A stretch of DNA of 59,440 nt, the filler included, from Basidiobolus ranarum (taxonomy: Eukaryota): NCBI GenBank assembly GCA_040143965.1. It is 4 parts of 4 records of this genome, joined end to end, with 100 filler letters (N's around TTAATTAATTAA, not from the genome) between each part and the next. Parts side by side here need not be neighbours in the genome. Positions count along the whole stretch, not along the records: positions 29,835 to 44,588 come from JASJQH010000412.1; positions 44,689 to 59,440 come from JASJQH010000413.1; 2 more parts are not named here. The stretch is one strand, 5' to 3'. Each line of letters begins with the position of its first letter. The first letter of the stretch is position 1. The notes under the pieces are model-generated. The model was not told the DNA's origin. It was given only the letters and a program-made list of their open reading frames with translations, and did no database searches. The translations under genes and the position numbers were made by a program. Below, piece by piece: positions 39,276 to 50,700 of the stretch.

Positions 39276-39619
39276 GCTGGTGGAAATGAATGTGATTTAC
39301 CCTTTAAAACTATGCCTGATTCGTGTAAATAAAATGCATTAATCAAGATTCCCCACATTACCTTTCTTAAAACTTTATGACCAACTTCCGTTCATATTGG
39401 AAGTTCTCTAACATCTTTCTTCCTGGCTCTTCATTTTCTTTATCATGACAATATGGTTAGCAATATACAACTAATAATACTCCATCGATTTTTTCCTTAA
39501 GCGAGTAAAGAGTAAGATGATTGGTCGGAAATTAAGTAAATGAAATGTTGGTTTATTAGTGAAATATATTAGCTTACTGGCTAAGCATTTAAGATTGAAC
39601 AATAAAATTAGAAATAGAT

Positions 39620-40303
39620 CTAGATTGAACGTTTCTTAACGGAGCCATTAGCGTTAACAACCAAAGTCTTGCGCTTGTTGAACAAGCTCATACCATCGTC
39701 ATTCCACTTGTAGTAGAATTCACCTACGGTAGGCTTACCCTTAACATTGGCAACAAGAAGTTCCTTTCCAGTAAGAGAACCACCTTTCTTGCCACCAGTG
39801 ATCTCGATATCAGAGCAACCCATGTAGTATTCACGGATACCTTGAGCATTGATCCAGGTCCAAGCAAAGACAGCGTGCTTGGTAGGAGGGGCACTGGAAG
39901 GAATGGTAATGCTGAACTTCTTTCCACTAGAGGTGAGACATCCGTAAAATACATCCTTAAGCACAACGAAATTCTTGCCATTATCGTAGGAAAGAGCGAA
40001 TTGGCAATGACCACCTTTGTGGGTGTTGGGTCCAGTGATCTCAACTGGAATGGACTTACCAGCCTGGGCAACGTATTGGTTGGGACCCTTGGGCCAGCCG
40101 TGGCATGGGTAAGTACGAGTTCCTCCATAACGTCTGGCAAGACCGAGAGGAGAGGCAAGATCCCAATCAGGTTGGTTTTTCTTGTAGTAAGGACTGAATT
40201 GAGAATGTCTGGGATAAGGGAATTTCATTTCCATGTGAGCAAGTGCAACTTGACTCATGGCAATCACCAGGAAGGCCAAACTGAAGAATTTAGAATTGAA
40301 CAT
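39620..40303 (-). CDS. Secreted lytic polysaccharide monooxygenase, AA11-like (chitin-active family)
   Basis: Signal peptide ending ALA then His1 (HMEM), HKGGHCQFALSYD, FAWTWINAQGIREYYMGCSDI (His-brace and axial Tyr pattern). Confidence 0.85.
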   Translation of the reverse strand: MFNSKFFSLAFLVIAMSQVALAHMEMKFPYPRHSQFSPYYKKNQPDWDLASPLGLARRYGGTRTYPCHGWPKGPNQYVAQAGKSIPVEITGPNTHKGGHCQFALSYDNGKNFVVLKDVFYGCLTSSGKKFSITIPSSAPPTKHAVFAWTWINAQGIREYYMGCSDIEITGGKKGGSLTGKELLVANVKGKPTVGEFYYKWNDDGMSLFNKRKTLVVNANGSVKKRSI

Positions 40304-41586
40304 GGTAGTAAAGTAACTGATGATTAATGTAGGAGATCAGACTCGCTATATATACACCGATGTCGCAAGACTTGAAGGTAACTGAGAGAATATTGCCACC
40401 AGCAGTACTATAATAAAAACGAAGTACCCCATCCGCTGTCATACATTAGATACATTCAAACTTATGTTAATTCATCAGACTTTCGTAAACTAGCAATATA
40501 GTACAAGCACCAGGTATTGTATAGAAGATCAATCGAAAGAATCTTCGATTTAATTAAAGTGTCACAAAGAAATCTTAATTTCTAAAACCTACATCTTGCT
40601 TGAGAGGACTAATCAGGGAGTGGCGATTAGAGAGTGTGCTACTTTGGGTAGAATCTTCGTAGCATATGAAATTCAAGAATGCGTTGATAGCAATTATCTT
40701 GGATGTCCCCGAGTGGTTTAGCTTTGAGTACAAATCGGGAGTCACGGCATTTAAGCTTAATTTCACTTTAGGAGGTACCAAGGGGGAGTTGAAACCTACT
40801 TTATATTAAAGCCAACTACTGCATCTGCTTCGTTATTGTTAATGCCTGGCCAAATTTAGGTCTACAATAGCTGGACATTGTTTGAGCTAGAAGAGTAGAG
40901 AACTTGATTATTTGATGTGCATGCAATATATCTTCTTAGTACCCTTGGCATTCACTGATGTTTCAGTTTAGGTAGCATTGATTTAATTCGGTGGAGGTAC
41001 AACTAAAAACCAGTTTAGTGTAATGAGCTGATTCGTTTCAACAGTCGTTTTCTTGAAAAACTGTAAAAAACCCATTTTGTTGCTGTTACTGGGATTTCTT
41101 TAGATAACGAGTACGGAGTTATTGTGAGATGTTTAACCATTCAATCATATTTCAAACACTCGGTTATCTCTTCCGGTTAGCAGCAAGCTGTGAATAGGAA
41201 ATTACTCTCTTCATTTGTGTAGCTTGTCTTACACTCGCATGTGTTATGAACTGACTAGTAAATTCAGTAAATCACCCATCCTTGTGTCTCTGGGTAATTA
41301 CCGTTAATAATGAAAACCCAAACGGTAAGTTACTTCAATCTTACCGAATGCGTGTTATATATCACATAATTCCTACTGGATCATATTCATATTGCAGAGA
41401 GTTTTAGACATGAATATCCCAAGCTGTACATTGATTAATATTTGGATTAATGATAATAATATATGCACTAATGATAACATTTTTTATTTGCTAGCCTGTG
41501 GAATGTGGCATGATTTATTTACATAAAGCATCATAACGCTGAATTTCAGGAGCCATAAACCATCAATTACATTGAATCTCACATGC

Positions 41587-41808
41587 TTAGTTTTTCATGT
41601 AGTTATGGTTACGATCTTCAAGTTTGGGATCACTTACTGCAGGATTTTGTGCCCTTCCAGCTGATCCGCCTTCTCTAGGATTGCCTTTATCATCAACATT
41701 CGCTAGTCGTTGTGCTTCACGTTCGGCAACTTCCTCTGCAGTGGGGGGCTTGATCTTGTGAATTTCAGCTTTGGTGGCAAGGTTGTCTCCGATAAAATTG
41801 CGTTCCAT
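41587..41808 (-). CDS. Small hydrophilic protein (hydrophilin/SMP-LEA-like), 73 aa
   Basis: ATG 41808 with TATAAAAG ~70 nt upstream; charged, no Cys/Trp; GGSAGRAQ motif. Confidence 0.55.
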   Translation of the reverse strand: MERNFIGDNLATKAEIHKIKPPTAEEVAEREAQRLANVDDKGNPREGGSAGRAQNPAVSDPKLEDRNHNYMKN

Positions 41809-42010
41809 AGTAAAGGTTAATTGATATTGGATAAAAGTAGATAGAATGATGATTAAAGAGCAATTATCGTTCACTTTTATAGTTTCCAGAGAACTGAATC
41901 TTCCGTCATTATGACTGCTCTATGCATTAGCTTAGGCAGTATTTCACTTGATTCTTGAAAATAGCTGACATCATGATATCCAAAGGATGACACAACACTA
42001 TAGTATTTGT

Positions 42011-42046
42011 TGCGGTTAATCATTCAAATGCGGTTAATCATTCAGA
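42011..42046. repeat. 18-bp tandem duplication
   Basis: tgcggttaatcattcaaa / tgcggttaatcattcaga. Confidence 0.85.
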
Positions 42047-42842
42047 TGTATCAACTAGACTCATAGATAAGTGGCATAACCCATATGCTATGACGAAACA
42101 TGCTCTACTATCAAATTGTTTACTTAGATTGATCACTCAACCCTTAGTAACTTAATCAAAATACTAACGAAACCTGTTTTAATATTATGCTATCGACCTA
42201 AATTCCTGACCACTTGGTACTGCTTCTAACTAGTATAATGATAGTAAACAATCCCCTCTGGTAGTATCAATACGTCTTCAAACCGATAGTAGTTCATTCT
42301 TATTAACTAACCTAACTATAAAGCGGATACCCCAGCCCTGTATCATTCTCGATGTTGAAGGTGAAGGCAGTCTCCAGGTGTGAATTGACAGCTCTCAAAG
42401 ACCCTGGCTCATTGTGACTGAATCAATTACTAAGCATGTAGTCACGTGATGAGATAACATTGCAAGCTTTATTCATATAGAGAATTCATTGCATTTCAGC
42501 GAACCCTCCATCTTTTTATATCCCTAACATTTCCTGGAATGAATAATCTCTGCTTAAATGCTGCCATTAATAGATCCTTGTGGGGTTAGGATCCATGAGA
42601 ATAATTCATCATTGCTTTGTGCTGATCAACGATAATCTGATATCATGTGCGATTCCAAACCTATGAAAAAATTTCGCAGCCTAGCCAATCATGATGGCAA
42701 GAGGTGAAGGTGAGATCAGTCATTGCGGCTGAAAGAACTGAATGGGGGATATAACTCCCCCCAATTCCAACTACAACTTGAAATATTTTCCACCTAAAGA
42801 CTAATATCTTGCGAAAATACTTTACACTAACAGTTTAACAAT

Positions 42843-43313
42843 ATGCTTCGTACTCTTGTCAATCCTTTCTTTCAAGCTCGTCAACAAATCCTTAACACAC
42901 CTAAAGTGTTAGGAAGCGTTCGTCGTTATCACGAAAAGGTCATTGACCATTATGAACGCCCTCGTAACGTTGGCTCTTTGCCCAAAAATGATCCCACAGT
43001 TGGTACTGGGTTGGTCGGTGCACCTGCTTGTGGTGATGTTATGAAATTGCAAATCAAAGTAGACGATGCGAGTGGGAAAATAGTGGACGTCAAGTTTAAA
43101 ACTTTTGGTTGTGGATCAGCTATCGCTTCTTCTAGTTATGTCACTGAACGTATCCGTGGACTTAGTTTAGATGACGCCGGCAAAGTAAGAAACACCGAGA
43201 TCGCCAAAGAACTCTGTCTTCCACCAGTAAAGCTTCATTGTTCCATGTTGGCTGAGGATGCTATTCGTTCAGCTATCAAGGATTATCAAAAGAAGAGAAG
43301 TGCTCAAGTCTAA
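42843..43313 (+). CDS. ISU1: Mitochondrial Fe-S cluster scaffold IscU
   Basis: YHEKVIDHYERPRNVG, GAPACGDVM, FGCGSAIASSS, LPPVKLHCSMLAEDA. Confidence 0.98.
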   Translation: MLRTLVNPFFQARQQILNTPKVLGSVRRYHEKVIDHYERPRNVGSLPKNDPTVGTGLVGAPACGDVMKLQIKVDDASGKIVDVKFKTFGCGSAIASSSYVTERIRGLSLDDAGKVRNTEIAKELCLPPVKLHCSMLAEDAIRSAIKDYQKKRSAQV

Positions 43314-44265
43314 ACTTCCTACAATACTAGAAGCACTTTGCTACTTGGATACCAATCCCAGTTCACATATCTCTCCATTATCACTACACATCAATATTCT
43401 ATATTTTTCATATCTGCGACGTTTATCCAGTACACTGAGCATTACAAGTTAACCTTGGTATTCTTGGATATCTTCCTATTCTGACCGGCATTTCAGCTTG
43501 TATCAACTGTTGGTCAAGATAAATTAGCGTCATACTGTATATACACAGTGGCTTTGCAATCTATTTTTCATATCCCTTATTTCATTATCGAGTTGTTTCT
43601 ACACTTTAGTATTTTCGGAAGCATCTTCAATAAACAACCTTGGACTTATGATAAACAACTGAAAGTAATTTTAGCCAGATATCTTCTTTCGATGACTGAA
43701 GCTATATATTGATCCTATTGTTAATCACATTCATAAATGTAAATTCATTTTACTACTATTTCATTGGGTGAACCGAATCCATTCCTCAAAATCTGATAAT
43801 AATAAACACTTGTAATCAGATAATGGCTTCCTAACCCCATCATTTTAACTTGGATGACGTGTTTCTTGTGAGATGTATCGGTACATCCCAATTGGTTAAA
43901 TGCTGGTTTAGGATATTGCGATATTTCATATTACTCGAAGACTATTGTTAAGAGTATTTCTTCCCTGTGCTGTCTTATAGCCTTTATTGTAATAGTGTAG
44001 TAAATGATCTGAGATAATTGTATGTTATGATTGCACCTTGTTAAAAATTCAGTACCCCAAGGTTAATTTCAGAATTGGCAAATTACTCGCAATAAAAAGT
44101 GGTATATAAGCTAAATCATGATAAATAGCAACATTAGGATTTAGTTAACTAGCCAATTTAATGAATATATCTATATTTTATATTGTTTATGTAGTCTCAA
44201 TCAACCAAGATATTTCCATGAACCTATAGTACTTTTCTCAATGTTTGCTTATATTGTTCAATTAT

Positions 44266-44448
44266 TTGAGAGCCTGTTGGAAGTAGTTTAGAGAATTAAA
44301 GAAATTGATGGGTTTCACTTATTGATTTATTGAGTTGAAAGTTGACATTTATAGTTTTGTCAGGATGTAAGCAAACTAACGTGTAGAATGTGTTAAGGAA
44401 GTTCTCAGGAGCATGTGTGCAAATTTTGGCGCATCTAGCACAAGTTAT
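44266..44448 (+). mobile_element. Dispersed copy of the 20770-21088 repeat family
   Basis: ttgagagcctgttggaagt...catgtgtgcaaattttgg...agcacaagttat aligns with 20770-20952. Confidence 0.85.
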
Positions 44449-44588
44449 ATGCAATATGCACTTGTTATTTTATTGAATTGAGAATAATTATTTACACTGA
44501 CATTGGAAGTGATGACAGGGATGTGTTAGTAAGGTATTCAGAAACTTGAGTCTAAAGGTTGAAAAACCTCTATCTTTTTGAACATTTC

Positions 44589-44688
44589 NNNNNNNNNNNN
44601 NNNNNNNNNNNNNNNNNNNNNNNNNNNNNNNNTTAATTAATTAANNNNNNNNNNNNNNNNNNNNNNNNNNNNNNNNNNNNNNNNNNNN
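44589..44688. other. Assembly gap with TTAATTAATTAA linker
   Basis: N run with linker. Confidence 0.99.
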
Positions 44689-44799
44689 ATATATTGTTGC
44701 TAATATATATAAACCAAAACTTTGTAACTCTATTCCTAAAAAAAAACTTACTAAGTCATAACTTGATATTAAACTAGTCATTCCTAATGTTGTAAATAG

Positions 44800-47700
44800 C
44801 TTGATTTGTACAAAGACATAGGCAGTGGTGGACTCGGTAAGTTTAGCGATTTTAAGATCCCCCTAATAAGCCGTTGAATAACATCTTCATTTGTAGTTGA
44901 CAAGGTTATAATGGCGCAAGATTGCCTTGAAAGTCTGTGTAACCATATTGTCGCCAATAGCTACGCTGAGCTCACGCATGTTAACTATCATGCGCTAGAT
45001 CAGAGGACTATCAAACTCTTGGGGGTATATGGAAATCGCCCTGCCATCAGAAAATTCGTTACCGATGTTAGCGATATCTCTCAGCAAGATGCAGAATCGT
45101 TAATGCCAGACAGTGATCTTACCTTCAATCATGAGAAAAATAGTATCGATGTCCAAGAGGGTGCACTGCATGCTGGACTATACTTACTGTTGATAAATTC
45201 ATCTGACGAGTTAAAAGGGTTTGTTATTCATTGGCCTGAACCCCAATGTTACAGCGATAAAGCCACAAGCAATACGAAGAAGAATTGCATAATGTTTCAT
45301 CGGTACGGTGTTTGCAACAGAAAACTGAGCTCTTGTTCTTTTGTGACTAACCAGCGCTATGAATTTAGGTATCTTTGTAAACTTACTGAGCAGCAACTCT
45401 GTCTTGTATCTGATGATGATTTGAATAATTTCGAGTTTCAATCGGATGAAGATAATTTGTTGCTGGATGCTTGCTTTACATTTGAAGTCAAGAAAACACA
45501 AGAGCAGAAGGAAGATTTTCAAATATCTACGGGATTTGTGGTAAAATTTAGCATGGTATTCTATTTTAAGTTCTCGCGATAACAAAATCTTCATAGATAC
45601 CCGTGAAAAGTGACACACCGATAGGTCCTGTAACTTCAACTCATCATGATATACAAAAACATTTGAACCCGCAAGTTGTAGATTCCGAAACGAAACAAAG
45701 CTTCCTCACGTGCCAGTTTGTTCCTTCAACAATCGTCGAACGATGTGAAAACAAAATTTTCTATAATAATGGAAGTACTCGTAGTTTCTTGGAAAAGAAA
45801 CTGTCAGCAGAGAAATGTCGCTTAGTATTTGATCCTTCTCTTTCGCACCACACGTGCAAGGAAGTTATTGAATGCTTAAAATCACTTACTGACTCACCAC
45901 TTGGCAATATTGATGACGAGTACCAAGAGGTGATGGCACAAATCGAGGAGGATAAAAGCAAAAGAGGAATTGAAATCAAAGAGAGATTTAGCAACTTCCA
46001 AAGTGACATCAAAAAGCATGCACGGATAGTGACTGATAACATACTAAGTAAATCCTATCCGTAAGTACCATATGCGTGTATATTTTTAAACCCCCATTGC
46101 ACTATTAACTTCTTTGTAAAGTGAATGGTATGCGTACTTTATCAATGCAAGAAATGCGACCACGATGGAAACCTCAAGATCCGAATCACCTTTCGAAAAC
46201 GAAACTGATGCATTGGAATCTGTATCTGTGAATATTCTAGAAACCGAAAACACCACTAGTACGGATGATAGCGAGCATACCAAGAATGCAGAATTGGACA
46301 GTCTTTCCCAAGGTTCGGTCTGTATTTTATCATTCAATCCAAGAAGAAACTAAAACCATCGTTATAGAATTAGAACTGGTAAAGACAAATGATGATACGA
46401 CTCTCTCTGTGAATCTGAACGAAAAGATCGAGGAAATAGGTTCGACTGTGGATTCGTTCGATGATAGCGATGAATTAATCGAATGCCAAGCTGATGTCGA
46501 TAAACAATCTCCAGAAAAGATTCCAGGGGATACCGAATATCAAAAGTCACTCAAAGGTTGTTTTCTTTAGTTTGATACAGCATAAGGATGAACCATACTA
46601 ATTTGTTTTTCAAACTCAGCTTTATTGAAGCACGACTCCAATATACTTACTTTTATTAAGAACAAACTGAAGAGAATTGGAGATCAACAGTGGATAGAGC
46701 AAAAAACGAACTTCATCCTAGCACATGATATGTATAAGCGGCAGAAAACAGGATCATTCAGTGACGCCATATTAAAAACATGGGGACCCTCAGGTAAAGA
46801 GGATTCTTCGCTTAATGTTTTAAAAGGTTGGCTGTCCCACCTATCCTCAGGAGTCTTCAACATGTTTAAACCTGAGACAAAACAAACAGCCAAGAGTGTC
46901 AAAAGGGCACGAGGTATGTCTGATGCTGACTTTATCACTATGCTGTTGAAGGCTACCAAGGACGATGTGCTCGATGATAGAGAAGCCAAAGTGATTCACG
47001 CGATTATGATCGTATTTAATAATATCTTGATGGAATACTGCGAATACATAGTGGACGAGATTGCTGATGAGCTGAGATATTTATTGAGACGAGAAATGGA
47101 TAGCCTAAAAACAGAGATAGAATCCCAAACACTAGCATATGAAAAAGAGTATATAATCAAAGCAAAAAATCGATTGGAAGAGTGCTACTCGGGAGTCGGT
47201 CGACCATTTAAGATAAAGAGCTTTGATACCAACCGAAATCTCAACAGCATATCTTACTCCGAAGAAACCAAACAGCCGGACATCATTCGATATTACCTTC
47301 ACTTGACCTACATCCAGGAATCTGATATTCGCGAATTGGAACAAGGGAGTGACAAGATACTAACACCCCAATTTGAAGGCAATTCATCCAAACAACTACC
47401 CTACCATTTCGAAGTGCAGTATGAGGACCAATATCTCAAGTATGTTCAAGTCACAATCAAGTTTTTGACATCGTTACTAAATATCAGTGATTTAGGCATA
47501 TTTATCAGACTAATAATGGGAAGTTTCTAGTCTTTTTGTCGTCATACACCGAGAATACTCTTAAAGTATATTATGCCGCTGCGTCCATGATTGGAAGGCA
47601 AATCAAGGAAAATAATTTTCTCAAACGATTCCAGATACATCCAGAGAATGCCATGGTTGCCGTAAACGAGGCTAGTCAGTTGATTGCCCTATATGACAAG

Positions 47701-50700
47701 TCGAGTGCTGAGGTATGTAGCATTATGTCAACTTAGTTAAACTTCAGGCTTATCTGACATGTATTCTTATTAGGCAAATATATACATATTTGACGAAGAA
47801 TGCGAAACGCTTTGTAATCGCTACAGCAACATTCAAATTAAACTTTGGTACGATCTCCAAACTCCCAATATCAGCCATATCCTGTTCCCTACTGGTAGTG
47901 AAGAGCTATGTTTCATTGAGAGCAATGGAAAAGCGCGCATCTACAGCATGATTCAACAACAAATTCTCCCCAACTCAATGCTAATTCCAGAAAATGCCAC
48001 CCGTGTAATGTCCACTCCTGATGGCTCTTGTCTAATAGCTCTTTTAGAGGAAGTCGAACCTATCTGTATGAACTCAGAAAACAATGATTTGACGAACTCA
48101 GTCATCTTGGATAGCGAAGTTACTATATGCGAGGGCCCAGATGCTCCCAAACAACTTCCAGTTAAAGAAACTCGAAAACTAATGGCTTATGTCTGGTTTT
48201 GGAGTGATTTTGGACAAACCGAAAAAGTACGCAAAATCGAACTTCCTCACAACGTTGCTTCACTTGATTCAATCTCAACTTCAATGGTTGGAGGTCAACA
48301 AGTACATTTAACAAGCTTCAACACGGAGCAGCATATCTTCACGTCTGCTTACGTTGGGATCACACTGGAGAGAAATCAATGGCAATTCAGAGAAAAACTT
48401 GCACCATCTAAATTCAGAGGTAAAATCTCTCTCGCAATCAATGAAGTTGCAGGAAATACGTTTTTCTTTACTGGAAAAGACACATCGTTTAAAAGAGATA
48501 TCAAGCCCAATGGTCATATTATATTCGTCGGCAATCGATTCACAGTCGAAGAGGTCATATCTGACATACTGCTTAAGGTTTCTTTTGTGAGCGAACATTC
48601 ATGGATACCATTGGAAAAGCTTCGCACGTTTGATATTTATCATTATGAAACCCCTTCCAAAATAAACGATCTCCTGGATTGTTACAAGTCCATGTGGGAG
48701 CGCTATCCCGTCAATAGCTTCATAGAGCAAGAAAGCGGATTGGTTGACATGAAAAGTATGCAATATCTGAGGATTGGAACGAATACGAGTCACATCTTGA
48801 ATGACGGAACCCTCCCAGACTACAAAGCGTTGTTTGAAGCCTATATGAACAGACAAATTCATAACTTGGATAATGACACGAGGAAACCAATCTCCAAGCT
48901 CAAGAATGATTTCAAGGTTGATGTCGTTGATGCCAATTCTATTGATTTTACCAACTTACCTGAAAGCTGGTTTAATCAATACTATTGCGGCAGGTGGTTG
49001 ATTAAGCTTGGCTGTCTGCTGCCAATCCAAATTGCAGTTGCTAGAGAAAATCAATTTGTTCCGCTCAAGGACGGGATCTCTTGTCACGACCTCGATAATC
49101 AATTAGCTGGTGGTGACATTCCTACCTTAGCAGCAAATTGCACTCTGGGATGGTACGAGTCAATATTTACATACTATTGTGATTATCCAGTTAAAGTCAT
49201 CAGCTCGATGGGAAGCCAATCCCTTGGAAAAAGCTTTCTACTGAACCATTTGGCCGATTCTTCTTTTGCTGGTGCGGCAACTAGATGTACCGAAGGAATT
49301 TGGCTGTCACTCACCCCCACCAGAGATGAGAGTGGCCCATATCTCTGTGTACTTCTTGACTTTGAAGGGCTCAAATCTATTGAAAGGACACCACAAGAAG
49401 ACGTACTGATGAATTTATTCAATGCAGCGATCTCGAATTTAATATTGTTTAAAAACGATTTTGCCATTGGAAGAGACATTCATGACCTTTTTCAAAGATT
49501 CCAGTCGGGCGCCACTATCTTCGACCCCGCCCAGAATCCCTCATTGTTCCATTCTCATATGGTAATTGTCATTCGGGATGTTCCTAACAATGATCGGTCA
49601 GAGATAGTGCGAGAATTCCAATCTAAATTCTCACAAATCGTATCCAAAGAGGGAGAGGACAACTTCATTACGAAACTCCACGGATCTCGACTGAGTATAT
49701 TACCATGGCCTATGTTTAACGATCCACAGTTTTACACAACCTTCAACAGTATTAGCAAAATGCTTAATCAGCAGAAGTTCACCCACAGCAATGCTAGACA
49801 ATTTTTGCAAAATATCAAAGTACGTTCATGCAACAAAAATATAACTTTACTTACTATTCAGCATTATCTAACCTTAGCCTTAAGGTTCTCATGTGCAAGA
49901 TGAAGATATGCGATTGGTCGTCTTTAGATAATAATCTCATACAGATACGCACCAAACATCTATCATCTTTCCTAACTTATGCCATTGCTACTGGTACAGA
50001 GGAAATGGAGCCGTTTGTTGAACCTTTAAAGGTTAGGAAGGATCAGCATACCAATGCATCATATACCAGTACTGACCACTTCTTTACTCTTCTAGAATTA
50101 TGATGATGGAACTGTACTAGCCGAGGAAGCTATAATCTTTGAGCACAATTTAGATATTGACGATGAAACTCATTATGTTGAGCTGCCTTGTGATTCTGGA
50201 CTATTGCTAGACTCGGAGGAAACATTCAAGGAAATGAGTATGCATATTCGCGAATGGGTCGATACTTACATATACAACCGACAAAAATGGCCGAAATCTG
50301 ATGTAAGATGGTTCGAAGTGTTTTCCTCTTTGACACAAAAATTGATCCAGCGAAGACGCACGCGAGTTATCAATTGGATAGATCAAAACATCGGTCGGTT
50401 CCCACCAGAAAATAGCGACATCTCAACACTACAACATAACCTTAGTCAGAGCATATCCCAATTCGAAAGTAAATGGGAAATTTGTGGGCTAACGTGCTCT
50501 CACTGCAATCTGAGATGTCTTTTGAATAGGTTCCACAATGAAGAACATGACTGTTGTACTGATCACACATGTCATCACGCTTGTTCATTTTCGAGTCAGC
50601 ATGAAGGGAAGTCTCTTATTGGTGGCACTCTTTGTGGACTTCATGCAGGGCATGATGAAGCTCATGTGTGTGACACCGCCATCCATTTATGTGGAGCACC

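Noticed and set aside
38147-40327. Long antisense or alternate-frame ORFs over DUG1 and the LPMO (also over MAM33, the GTPase and the homeobox gene)
   Set aside because: Shadows of codon-biased real genes, with no recognisable motifs
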